From NCBI GenBank assembly GCA_041661685.1, contig JBAZTY010000001.1:192691-256690 (forward strand): a stretch of 64,000 nt of DNA, in the 5' to 3' direction. Of the stretch, positions 35,601 through 43,577 are shown piece by piece; the first letter of the stretch is position 1; the number at the start of each line of letters is the position of its first letter. The DNA comes from Patescibacteria group bacterium. GTDB lineage: Bacteria; Patescibacteriota; Patescibacteriia; Patescibacteriales; UBA12465. The notes below the pieces were generated by a model. The model was not told where the DNA came from. It was given only the letters and a program-made list of their open reading frames with translations, and ran no database searches. The translations under genes and the position numbers were made by a program.

Positions 35601-37401
35601 CATCAAGGGGAATACGGCGACGGCTGGAGTTTTTAGAACCCGGCTGATGGGCGGAGACCACAGCGCTTATCTCGATGCGGCGACAGCTAACCTCACCGCC
35701 GCCATCACCTCTTTGAATCCTGACGGATTTACTGTTGGCACTGGCGCAACCACGAATAGCGCCGGCGTCACTTATTATTGGACTGCCTATGGCAACGCCT
35801 GGAATCCGGAAACTAATTCCGGATCATCCGATTTCTATATTGGTGCTTATTATGGCAACGGAATCGATAATCGCAATGTCATCCGTCTGCCTTTTCAGGC
35901 TGACATGGTCGCGACTAAAAGAAACAGCACTACTGGCGGTGCTTTCCGCACCTCGGCGCATTCCGGCGATCTCAGCAGCTTTTTTGCGGCGACTGCGGAG
36001 GCGGCCAATAATATCCAGGTTCTCAATCCCGACGGATTCCAAATCGGCACGGGCACAAATGTCAATGCAGCCGCCAGTCTTTATCATTATTTCGGCTTTA
36101 AATCCGGAGCTAATTTCGCCGTCGGCACTTATTCCGGCACCGGAGCCGCTAAAGATGTCACTACTGTCGGCTTCCAGCCTGATAATGTCTGGGTGAAACA
36201 GACTGGGGCGGTGCGAGGCGTGTCGCGGCATAGTAATCAATCCGGAGACGCCGCCTTGCCCTTCATTAACGTCGCCTCTATCACCGGAGCGTTCACCGGC
36301 CTGATCTCCACCGGCTTTTCTATCGGCGCTGGCGCGGAAACTAATACCTTGGGGACGAATAATTACCGTTATGCGGCGTGGCGGTTGCCCGATATCGCTA
36401 ATATTTCAATAGCCGCTTACGGTTCGCAAATCGCATCTCTCGGCATACCTTCAGCCGGACAATATCTCGGCGGCGCCTTTACTTTTATCAGAAGCGGCGG
36501 CTCGGCCAATATCACAAGCCTAACATTATCAGAAAATGGTACAGTCAACGCCTCTTCCTATATCTCCGAACTTACTTTGAAATATGAAATCGCCGACACG
36601 TGCAACTACGACGGCACCGAGGCTACCTTCGGCAACACCGCCTCTTTCGCCTCCGAGAAGGCAACGGTCAGCGGCAATATGCCAGTCGGCAGCGCGCAAG
36701 TCTGTCTTTATCCAATCATCACTGTCGGGACTGGAGTAGATAATGGCAGCACGCTTGATCTCAGCATCGATTCTTTAAGCGACATTTTAATCTCTTCCGG
36801 CTCCGGATCAGGTTCTTTCCCCGTAAATATCAGCGGCTTGACTAATCTGATTTCCGGATCGCTGACGGTTGATATCGTTGATAGTGATGGCAGTACTATC
36901 GCTAACCCATCTTTAGCCATGGATCCAATAAATTTTGCCTTTATCTCGCAAACCGCCAGCGGGACGCTAGGAGTCTCTTCTAAAAAAATCCGAATAGATA
37001 ATAATTCCGGTAATGCGCAATGGACGCTATCTATCGCGGCTACGGGGGGTAATACCAGTGTTTGGAGTGGCGCCGGAAATACCTACGATTTTAACGATAT
37101 CAGCGCCGGCGGTAATGATGGGGCAGATCTTGATTCTTATGGCGGCCAAATGAATTTCAATCCCGGGATCGCCGTCATCACCCCCGAGAGCGGCTGTGAA
37201 ACTACTGGCTTAACTCTAGGCAGTCCTTCATCTTTTGCGGAGGGAGTTCTCGACTCCGTCAACATATTAAGCGCTAACTCTTCAGCTCAGACCGGCTGTT
37301 ATTGGGATTTGACCGGAATCGGAATAAGCCAAACGATTCCCGCAGAACAAGTGACTGATAATTATTCGATTAATATGACTTTAACTATAACCGCCATATA
37401 A
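32602..37401 (+). CDS. Giant secreted repeat protein (about 1590 aa) with 12 ~100-aa modules and a C-terminal WxL-like domain (alternative start ATG 32641)
   Basis: N-terminal TM/signal MIGMLIGVFFLSGF. Twelve modules follow the pattern GxYxGxG..V.GVGFxPDxVxxK...LNPDGFTVG...YYYxAF. The C-terminal region is homologous to ORF 29742-30449 (..QWTLSIAA.., ..SQTIPAEQ..). Confidence 0.85.
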   Translation: MITWRINKKIKTVMIGMLIGVFFLSGFPSNVFLDKLEDYLTDKNIVDSLYHAMRDPNVIDRGMSGLMDAKTPQANAGNFQIQTGYYIGNGGAKQISGLGFSPQMILIKANDTGGTGAIMKTTVMPNLNSSYLGVATADVAAAVLLNPDGFTISGVTTNTANSRYTWTAFAGSDCSASGNFCVGTYTGTGTSPRSVTVGFQPDMVIVKAATAVAPNWRSSAMPTNYGQHFMATNQTTDGTMYTTLDSTGFTVGSVNNTSATIYYYVAFKNTAGSINVGTYAGTGVAKNVTGVGFTPNFALTKAAAPTTATAAIYNNTESYGNSSSYFTDTVNVVGGITGLDSDGFGVGTGAMANISGATFYYAAFGGASAVRNSSGTFQIARGTYTGTGINRAIDNLGFRPDLVIIKGNTATAGVFRTRLMGGDHSAYLDAATANLTAAITSLNPDGFTVGTGATTNSAGVTYYWTAYGNAWNPETNSGSSDFYIGAYYGNGIDNRNVIRLPFQADMVATKRNSTTGGAFRTSAHSGDLSSFFAATAEAANNIQVLNPDGFQIGTGTNVNAAASLYHYFGFKSGANFAVGTYSGTGAAKDVTTVGFQPDNVWVKQTGAVRGVSRHSNQSGDAALPFINVASITGAFTGLISTGFSIGAGAETNTLGTNNYRYAAWRANTSPTTPSYKIQTGYYIGNGGAKQISGLGFSPQMILIKANDAGGTGAIMKTTVMPNLNSSYLGVATADVAAAVLLNPDGFTISGVTTNTANSRYTWTAFAGSDCSASGNFCVGTYTGTGTSPRSVTVGFQPDMVIVKAATAVAPNWRSSAMPTNYGQHFMATNQTTDGTMYTTLDSTGFTVGSVNNTSATIYYYVAFKNTAGSINVGTYAGTGVAKNVTGVGFTPNFALTKAAAPTTATAAIYNNTESYGNSSSYFTDTVNVVGGITGLDSDGFGVGTGAMANISGATFYYAAFGGASAVRNSSGTFQIARGTYTGTGINRAIDNLGFRPDLVIIKGNTATAGVFRTRLMGGDHSAYLDAATANLTAAITSLNPDGFTVGTGATTNSAGVTYYWTAYGNAWNPETNSGSSDFYIGAYYGNGIDNRNVIRLPFQADMVATKRNSTTGGAFRTSAHSGDLSSFFAATAEAANNIQVLNPDGFQIGTGTNVNAAASLYHYFGFKSGANFAVGTYSGTGAAKDVTTVGFQPDNVWVKQTGAVRGVSRHSNQSGDAALPFINVASITGAFTGLISTGFSIGAGAETNTLGTNNYRYAAWRLPDIANISIAAYGSQIASLGIPSAGQYLGGAFTFIRSGGSANITSLTLSENGTVNASSYISELTLKYEIADTCNYDGTEATFGNTASFASEKATVSGNMPVGSAQVCLYPIITVGTGVDNGSTLDLSIDSLSDILISSGSGSGSFPVNISGLTNLISGSLTVDIVDSDGSTIANPSLAMDPINFAFISQTASGTLGVSSKKIRIDNNSGNAQWTLSIAATGGNTSVWSGAGNTYDFNDISAGGNDGADLDSYGGQMNFNPGIAVITPESGCETTGLTLGSPSSFAEGVLDSVNILSANSSAQTGCYWDLTGIGISQTIPAEQVTDNYSINMTLTITAI
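32842..36384 (+). repeat. In-frame tandem duplication: two 1755-bp copies (32842-34596 and 34630-36384) separated by a 33-bp linker, period 1788 bp
   Basis: Direct comparison at offset 1788. I found a single mismatch (A at 32935 versus G at 34723, Thr/Ala). All six-frame ORFs in the two copies are duplicated at exactly +1788 (for example 33553..33873 and 35341..35661). Confidence 0.95.
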
Positions 37402-37404
37402 TTC

Positions 37405-38439
37405 TTGCCCGTGCGCTATAAAAACAAAAAAACAAGAATCTTCTTCCTTTCCTGCTGGCTGACCGCCGTAGCAGCTATTTTTATATCGGCGATCATGATC
37501 GACACAGCCAAGGCGGCTTCTTACGCCGGCCTAAAGATAAGCATTACTCCCGGACCAGAATGTTATGACGGGAAAGATAACGACAGCGACGGCAAGATGG
37601 ATTATCCGGCTGATTCAGATTGCGATTCCACGAATGATAACAGTGAATTTCCGCTTATCGTCAACAATGTAAGCAGCGGAGGGGGCGGAGGAAGCATCGC
37701 GCCGATAACCAGTGTCACCTTATCCGGCTATGCTTATCCTTTAAATAAGATAACTATCTTAAAAGACGGGCAAATCGCCTTAACTACTATCGCCGGACCC
37801 GATGCAATCTTTAATGCCGTCCTGACCGGACTAACAGAAGGGTTTTATAATTTTTCCATATACAGCGAAGATATCTACGGATTAAAATCAGGTGCCTTCA
37901 CGTTCCCAGTTTACATAACTAAGGGCGCCAGCACTAATATCGGCGGCATCTTTCTCGCCCCGACTATAAAATTAGATAAAGAAAGCGTTAAAAGCGGAGA
38001 TAATATTACGATTCTCGGGCAGAGTGCGCCTAACGCCGAAATAAATATTACTGTCAATTCAGAAAAGGAGAATATCATCAAAACTAAAACCGACCAGAAC
38101 GGCGTCTATTCTTATGATTTCGATACCGCCCTCTTGGAACTCGGAGATCATAGCGCCAAATCCAAATCAACGTTGAAGAAGCAAGTCAGTTCCTATAGCA
38201 AAATAGTCGGCTTCAAGGTCTTTGAGGATAAAGCCTCCGCGGCCGCTTATGAGGAAGAGAAGCAAGGGGAAACGGCGAAGGGCGACTTCAATAATGATAA
38301 CAAGGTCGATCTGATAGATTTTTCTATCCTGTCCTATTGGTACAAGAAACCGCAGCCGCCGACGATAGTGGACATGAATAAGGACGGCCGCATAAATATC
38401 ATAGATTTTTCTATCCTAGCTTTTAGCTGGACAGGTTGA
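37405..38439 (+). CDS. Secreted protein with Cys/Asp-rich metal-binding-like motif, Ig-like domains and a C-terminal dockerin-like module
   Basis: Signal/TM. CYDGKDNDSDGKMDYPADSDCDS. The C-terminus has two EF-hand-like repeats, GDFNNDNKVDLIDFSIL and DMNKDGRINIIDFSIL (dockerin type I pattern). Confidence 0.7.
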   Translation: MPVRYKNKKTRIFFLSCWLTAVAAIFISAIMIDTAKAASYAGLKISITPGPECYDGKDNDSDGKMDYPADSDCDSTNDNSEFPLIVNNVSSGGGGGSIAPITSVTLSGYAYPLNKITILKDGQIALTTIAGPDAIFNAVLTGLTEGFYNFSIYSEDIYGLKSGAFTFPVYITKGASTNIGGIFLAPTIKLDKESVKSGDNITILGQSAPNAEINITVNSEKENIIKTKTDQNGVYSYDFDTALLELGDHSAKSKSTLKKQVSSYSKIVGFKVFEDKASAAAYEEEKQGETAKGDFNNDNKVDLIDFSILSYWYKKPQPPTIVDMNKDGRINIIDFSILAFSWTG

Positions 38440-38445
38440 GGCCAT

Positions 38446-39384
38446 ATGAAAAAACGAGAAAATATCCGAATACTTTTATTTTTCAGCACTCTGATGATGT
38501 TAGGTCTTTTTTCTTTCCCTAAAAGAAGCGAAGCGGCTAGGCTATTCTATTCTTGGCCGGAAGGGGAGATATGTAAAGGGCAGGAGATAAGGTTAGATAT
38601 TTTTATTGATACTGAGGAGAGGGATATCAACGCGCTAGAAGGAAAGATAAGCCTCGCGGGCGAAGCGCTGGATCTAAGAGAAATAAGCGAGGGTAATTCT
38701 TTTATTAATTTCTGGGTAGAGACGCCTCGGATAGAAAATCAAGAAATAAGATTCGCTGGCATCATCCCGGGAGGGTATAGCGGCCGAAAAGGCTTATTAT
38801 TTTCCATCTTCTTGAGAGCGGGGGCGTCCGGCCAAGGGGCGTTAAGATTGGAAGACGCCCGGGCGTTCGCTAATGACGGCTTAGGCACGGAGCTCCGGCT
38901 TAATTATTATGAAGCTGATATCAATATCAGAGAAACGCCAGCCCAAGGACAGGTCTCCGAATCTCCTACAATAATCGATAATGATGCTCCAGAAAAATTT
39001 CCCATTCTCCTGGCGCGCGATCCCCTTATCTTTGAAAATCTCTGGTTTTTAACTTTCGCCACTCAAGATAAAGGCTCGGGAATAAAATATTTCGAAGTCA
39101 GAGAAGAGAATAGCTTGGATGGAGATGGCGGGGACGACTGGGAAAAAGCCGACAGCCCTTACCTTATCAAGGACCAAGATCTAACCAGCCGCATCACCAT
39201 CAAGGCGGTAGACCGCGCTGGCAATGAGACTCTCAGCGTCCTAGAGGCGCCGAATCAAGCATTGATTAGCCATAATAAAGCTAAAAATGATATAATAAAA
39301 ATAGTTTTAATCACCTTAGCCCTAGGGCTGATAATTTTTATATTTCTGCTATGGAAAAAAGCTCGAAAAAAATCTACAAAATAA
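38446..39384 (+). CDS. Cohesin-like domain protein with C-terminal TM anchor
   Basis: Signal peptide. Cohesin-like beta-sandwich (IRLDIFIDTEERDINALEGKISLAGEALDLREISEGNSFINFW...GLLFSIFLRAGASGQGALRLEDARAFANDGLGTEL). An Ig-like module (DAPEKF...DKGSGIKYFEV...AVDRAGNET). C-terminal TM followed by KKARKK. Confidence 0.65.
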   Translation: MKKRENIRILLFFSTLMMLGLFSFPKRSEAARLFYSWPEGEICKGQEIRLDIFIDTEERDINALEGKISLAGEALDLREISEGNSFINFWVETPRIENQEIRFAGIIPGGYSGRKGLLFSIFLRAGASGQGALRLEDARAFANDGLGTELRLNYYEADINIRETPAQGQVSESPTIIDNDAPEKFPILLARDPLIFENLWFLTFATQDKGSGIKYFEVREENSLDGDGGDDWEKADSPYLIKDQDLTSRITIKAVDRAGNETLSVLEAPNQALISHNKAKNDIIKIVLITLALGLIIFIFLLWKKARKKSTK

Positions 39385-40937
39385 TATTGTCCATCGCCAT
39401 CTTTATTTTTTCTGCCGTTAACGCCCAGGCCGCGACGCTTTTCTTGTCCCCGGCGTCTTCTTCTTATTTTAGCGACAAAACCTTCACGGTGGGCGTTTAT
39501 GTGACGAGCAGCGACCAAAGTATTAACGCGGTGTCGGGTATCGCCTCTTTTCCGACAGACAAGTTGGAAGTCGTCTCCATATCTAAATCAGGCAGTCTTT
39601 TTAATTTCTGGGCCCAAGAGCCTTCTTTTTCTAATAGCAGCGGAAAAGTCAGCTTCGAGGGCGTGATCCTTAATCCCGGCTTTAAGGGGTCTTACGGGAA
39701 ACTACTAACCATAAGCTTTAAGGCTAAAGGAATCGGCCAAGCGCCAATATCCTTTAGTTCAGCGTCCGTCTTGGCTAACGACGGGCTAGGCACTAACGTG
39801 CTCTCTGGAACAGGTGGCGCTGAAATCTCAATCAAGAAAGTAGTCGAAGAAGAAAAAGTAGGAAAGGAAGAAATAAACGCTGAAATCACAGCCTCCTTGA
39901 GTAGCTCAACGGCTGCTTATCCGGTAGTCCCGAAAATAACCTCCAAGACTAACCCCGATCCGGAGAAATGGTATAATATCGACGTTCCTTATTTTCTCTG
40001 GGACCTTCCCGAGGGGGTGATCAGCGTCAGCCTGCTCATTGATCAGAATAAGCATTCCGCTCCTCTGATATCCTACATGCCCGCCATCAGGGAAAAAGCG
40101 ATAACCGGTCTGGATGATGGTTCCTGGTATCTGCATATAGCCTTTAAATACGCGGACGGGACTAGCACTGTCCAGCATTTCCCCTTCAATGTCGATAAGA
40201 CCGCTCCAGAGTCGCTCGGCGTCTCCATCATCGCCGATAATGGCAATAATATAGGCGTCAGAAGCTTCATCATCGCCGGCGTAGACAAGGAATCAGGCAT
40301 CGCCGATTATGAGATAACGATAGACAACCAAGAACCGATCAAATGGGGAAATTATAGCGACAATATCTTCCAGACCCCGCTCCTTGATTCCGGAGAACAT
40401 ACAATCAAGGTGCGAGTCTATGATAAAGCTGGGAATTATAAAGAGGAATCGCAAAAATTCACTGTGACTTCTATCCGGATTCCGGAAATAGACGCTTATC
40501 CGGAAAAAATAGGCTATAATTCGGAGCTGACGATCAGCGGCCGGTCTATACCAGAAAACCATGTGATAATAACTTTTGATCGCCAGGGGAAATATCAAAG
40601 AAATTATCTAGTGCTATGCGATCAGGCTGGCAATTTTACCTTTGTCCTGGATCGCCTTATTCCGGGTGAATACAGTTTTTACGCTCGGACTATAGATACT
40701 AAAGGCAATAAGAGCCAGGCCACCTCTATTTATAATTTCAGAGCAAAATACTTCTTTGGAATGATCTGGCCTTATTTTACGGGGATATTCTTGTTTTTAA
40801 TCTTGGCGTTGCTGATTATAAGCGGGCGAATCCTGCTCAACCGAAAAAATAATCGGTCTTGGGCCGGGAAAGAGACAGCGCGCCTTCTTCCGATAATCAA
40901 AAAAAAGACGAACAAGAGGCCAAAAAAACTTGTTTGA
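39351..40937 (+). CDS. Cohesin-like domain protein with Ig-like domains and C-terminal TM anchor (paralog of 38446-39384)
   Basis: Signal peptide ending in AQA. Cohesin-like FTVGVYVTSSDQSINAVSGIASFPTDKLEVVSISKSGSLFNFW...KLLTISFKAKGIGQAPISFSSASVLANDGLGTNVL. DKTAPES...DKESGIADYEI...VYDKAGNYKE. C-terminal TM plus a basic tail. Confidence 0.65.
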   Translation: MEKSSKKIYKIILSIAIFIFSAVNAQAATLFLSPASSSYFSDKTFTVGVYVTSSDQSINAVSGIASFPTDKLEVVSISKSGSLFNFWAQEPSFSNSSGKVSFEGVILNPGFKGSYGKLLTISFKAKGIGQAPISFSSASVLANDGLGTNVLSGTGGAEISIKKVVEEEKVGKEEINAEITASLSSSTAAYPVVPKITSKTNPDPEKWYNIDVPYFLWDLPEGVISVSLLIDQNKHSAPLISYMPAIREKAITGLDDGSWYLHIAFKYADGTSTVQHFPFNVDKTAPESLGVSIIADNGNNIGVRSFIIAGVDKESGIADYEITIDNQEPIKWGNYSDNIFQTPLLDSGEHTIKVRVYDKAGNYKEESQKFTVTSIRIPEIDAYPEKIGYNSELTISGRSIPENHVIITFDRQGKYQRNYLVLCDQAGNFTFVLDRLIPGEYSFYARTIDTKGNKSQATSIYNFRAKYFFGMIWPYFTGIFLFLILALLIISGRILLNRKNNRSWAGKETARLLPIIKKKTNKRPKKLV

Positions 40938-40954
40938 ATAATAATATTTAATCT

Positions 40955-42862
40955 ATGGTCAGTAAAAAGAAAAAATGGCTTATCGCGATAGCTTTCGTTA
41001 CGGTCGTTACGGCCTTATTTTTTATCTTTAAAAAAAAGCCGCAAAGCGAATATACGACCGTCGATCTCAAGAAGGGAACTCTCATCCAGACCGTCACTGA
41101 AGTCGGCACAGTTAAGGCAAGTAAGGAATTAGAATTGAATTTCGCGCTCAGCGGCAAGGTTAATAAAATAGCGGCTAAAGTCGGAGACCTGGTCAAAAAA
41201 GATGCTGTCTTAATGGAACTAGACTTAAATTCGCTACTTCTCAAGGAAAAGGAAGCGGCCTCGAGCATGGATGTGGCGCAAGCTAATTTAGATAAGCTCA
41301 TGAAAGGAGCTACTACCCAAGATATTGCTATCAGCGCCGCTCAAGAAGCTCAAGCCAAGAGTGCCTACGCGTCGGCAGAAAATGACTTGGCAAAAACCAA
41401 AGAATTGACCGCGGAAAATTTAAGTCAGGCCGCCAAGAAACTCGCCGATCTGGAATCATCCGCTAGCACCGATATTACGCCGCAAGAACAGGCCGTCGCG
41501 ACCGCCCAGACTAACCTGGCCAATACTAAAACTAATGCTCAGCAGACTACAGATAACAGCCGCGATGGCTTGATAAACACGGCTGACGCCAAAATAAGCA
41601 TCGCTAATAGCGCCCTAGATTACATCAATCGCCTCTTGGACGACGATGACTTAAAAAATACTTTTAGCGTTAAAGATTCGACGTCTCTACTCAACACTAA
41701 AAATGATTATGTCTTAGCGACGAACGCGAAGATCCCGGCCGTCACCGCTTTAATAACGGCCAAAGCTTTCTCGACTGAACCGAATTTGAAGAACTTAGTC
41801 AGTTTAAGCTTGGATTACCTTAAGATAACCAATCAGACAGCTAACGATTGCTTTAAAAGCCTAGAAAATACGGTCGTCTCTTCGGTCTTGCCGCAAGCGA
41901 CTCTAGACGCTTATAAGACCAATGTCAGCGCTAATCTAACGGCCGTCAGTACTGGGATAAGCGCCATCCAGACAGCCGACTATACCTTCCGTAATGCCTT
42001 GCTCTCTTATGACACTAGCATCGCTTCGGCGACTGACGCTTTGAATTCCGCCCAGGTAAACCTCGAAGACGCCTTAAAATCCGCTCGCAACGCCTATAAT
42101 TCTGCGAAATTAAGCGGCGAGAGCCAAGTAGCCGCCGCCCAAGCGAAACTGAACGCAGCCAAACAGGCTTGGGATGTCGCCCAAAAACAGCTGACCAGCA
42201 TCAAGACGCCAGCGCGGACCGAAGATATTAATCTAGCTAAAGCGCAATTGGCGCAAGCTCAGGCCAATCTCGATCTGATCAAGAAACAGGAATCGGAAAG
42301 CCAGATTATTGCTCCGATGGACGGTCAGATCTCTAAAATAAATTACGAGATTGGCGAACAGGTCTCTTCCAAGGCGGCCTTAGCCATGATTACGGAGAAT
42401 AATTTCGAAATCGAAGTCGATATCTCAGAAGCCGACATTTCCAAAGTTAAGATTAGCGACCGGGTCGTGATCGATTTCGATGCCTTCGGCGAGGCTAGAA
42501 AATTCAACGGTTTGGTCTATTTCATTGAACCGGCGGCAACCGTGATCCAAGACATAACTTATTATAAGGTCAAGATCAGCCTAGTCGACGCGCCAGAAAC
42601 TCTCAAGGATATCAAAGCCGGCATGACCGCCAATGTCATTGTCACTACCGATCAAAAAGATAATGTCTTCTTGGCGCCGGCGCGAGCGGTTATTGATAAG
42701 AACGGGTCGGGTAAAGTCGTCCGCATTTTAGAAAATAATAATACGGTTACAGAAATTCTGGTAACAGCGGGAATATCCGGCAATGACGGCTTAATGGAAA
42801 TAAGCGGCGAGGGCTTAACCGAGGGACAGAAGATAATCACCTTCATCAAAACCGTCAATTAA
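40955..42862 (+). CDS. HlyD/MacA-type membrane-fusion adaptor with an unusually long coiled-coil (635 aa)
   Basis: N-terminal TM, a lipoyl-like segment, about 350 aa of A/Q/L-rich coiled coil, then IIAPMDGQISKINYEIGEQV and KAGMTANVIV beta-barrel motifs. Confidence 0.8.
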   Translation: MVSKKKKWLIAIAFVTVVTALFFIFKKKPQSEYTTVDLKKGTLIQTVTEVGTVKASKELELNFALSGKVNKIAAKVGDLVKKDAVLMELDLNSLLLKEKEAASSMDVAQANLDKLMKGATTQDIAISAAQEAQAKSAYASAENDLAKTKELTAENLSQAAKKLADLESSASTDITPQEQAVATAQTNLANTKTNAQQTTDNSRDGLINTADAKISIANSALDYINRLLDDDDLKNTFSVKDSTSLLNTKNDYVLATNAKIPAVTALITAKAFSTEPNLKNLVSLSLDYLKITNQTANDCFKSLENTVVSSVLPQATLDAYKTNVSANLTAVSTGISAIQTADYTFRNALLSYDTSIASATDALNSAQVNLEDALKSARNAYNSAKLSGESQVAAAQAKLNAAKQAWDVAQKQLTSIKTPARTEDINLAKAQLAQAQANLDLIKKQESESQIIAPMDGQISKINYEIGEQVSSKAALAMITENNFEIEVDISEADISKVKISDRVVIDFDAFGEARKFNGLVYFIEPAATVIQDITYYKVKISLVDAPETLKDIKAGMTANVIVTTDQKDNVFLAPARAVIDKNGSGKVVRILENNNTVTEILVTAGISGNDGLMEISGEGLTEGQKIITFIKTVN

Positions 42863-42863
42863 T

Positions 42864-43577
42864 ATGCTTATCCGCATTAAAAATCTGCATAAAGATTATG
42901 GCAGCGGCGAAGAGTTGACTTCGGTCCTCCACGGCCTGAATTTCGAGATAGCCAAGGGGGAATTCGTTTCCATTATGGGGCCGTCCGGGTCAGGCAAATC
43001 AACCCTGATGCATATCCTCGGATTATTAGACAGCCCGACTACGGGCCAATATTTTTTAGAAGGGAAAAACGTCACGCATCTCGATGATGACAGCCTGGCG
43101 CAACTGCGCAACCGGGAAATCGGCTTCGTCTTCCAATCTTTCAATCTCTTGCCGCGCACGACCGTGCTCGATAACGTTAAATTGCCGCTCATATATTCCG
43201 ACGAGAAGATAGACGCCGATAAGCGCGCCCGGGAAGTCTTGGAAAGCGTCGGCCTCGGCCATCGCCTGGATTATTATACCAACCAGATTTCCGGCGGCGA
43301 AAAACAACGCGTCGCTATCGCCCGCGCCCTCGTCAATAATCCGAGCGTAATCTTCGCGGACGAACCGACCGGCAACCTTGATTCTAAATCAGGCACACAA
43401 ATTATGGAGATACTCCAGAAACTTAACGATGAGGGAAATACTATTATCCTAGTTACACATGAAACCTATACCGCGGAACACGCTAAAAGAATCATTAAGA
43501 TAAGGGACGGCGAGATCATCAGCGACGAAAAGATCGCTCATCGTCGCCGCGCCCATGATGGCGAATTATTAAAATAA
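42864..43577 (+). CDS. ABC transporter ATP-binding protein (MacB class)
   Basis: [39 protein letters not shown]. Confidence 0.9.
   Translation: MLIRIKNLHKDYGSGEELTSVLHGLNFEIAKGEFVSIMGPSGSGKSTLMHILGLLDSPTTGQYFLEGKNVTHLDDDSLAQLRNREIGFVFQSFNLLPRTTVLDNVKLPLIYSDEKIDADKRAREVLESVGLGHRLDYYTNQISGGEKQRVAIARALVNNPSVIFADEPTGNLDSKSGTQIMEILQKLNDEGNTIILVTHETYTAEHAKRIIKIRDGEIISDEKIAHRRRAHDGELLK

Noticed and set aside
32856-36240. Many 60-211 aa ORFs in other frames and on the minus strand inside the giant gene (for example 33553..33873, 33947..34408, 34036..34671 and their twins at +1788).
   Set aside because: They lie entirely within a long, motif-rich + strand CDS. They have Pro/Ser/Ala/Arg-biased, low-information translations. 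They appear twice only because the underlying DNA is duplicated. They are frame artefacts of GC-rich repeat sequence.
40948-41301. 117-aa minus-strand ORF at the start of the second HlyD gene.
   Set aside because: It is antisense to a CDS with a clear TM and adaptor motifs. It would leave no room for the HlyD start, and its sequence is low-complexity Ser/Leu/Thr.
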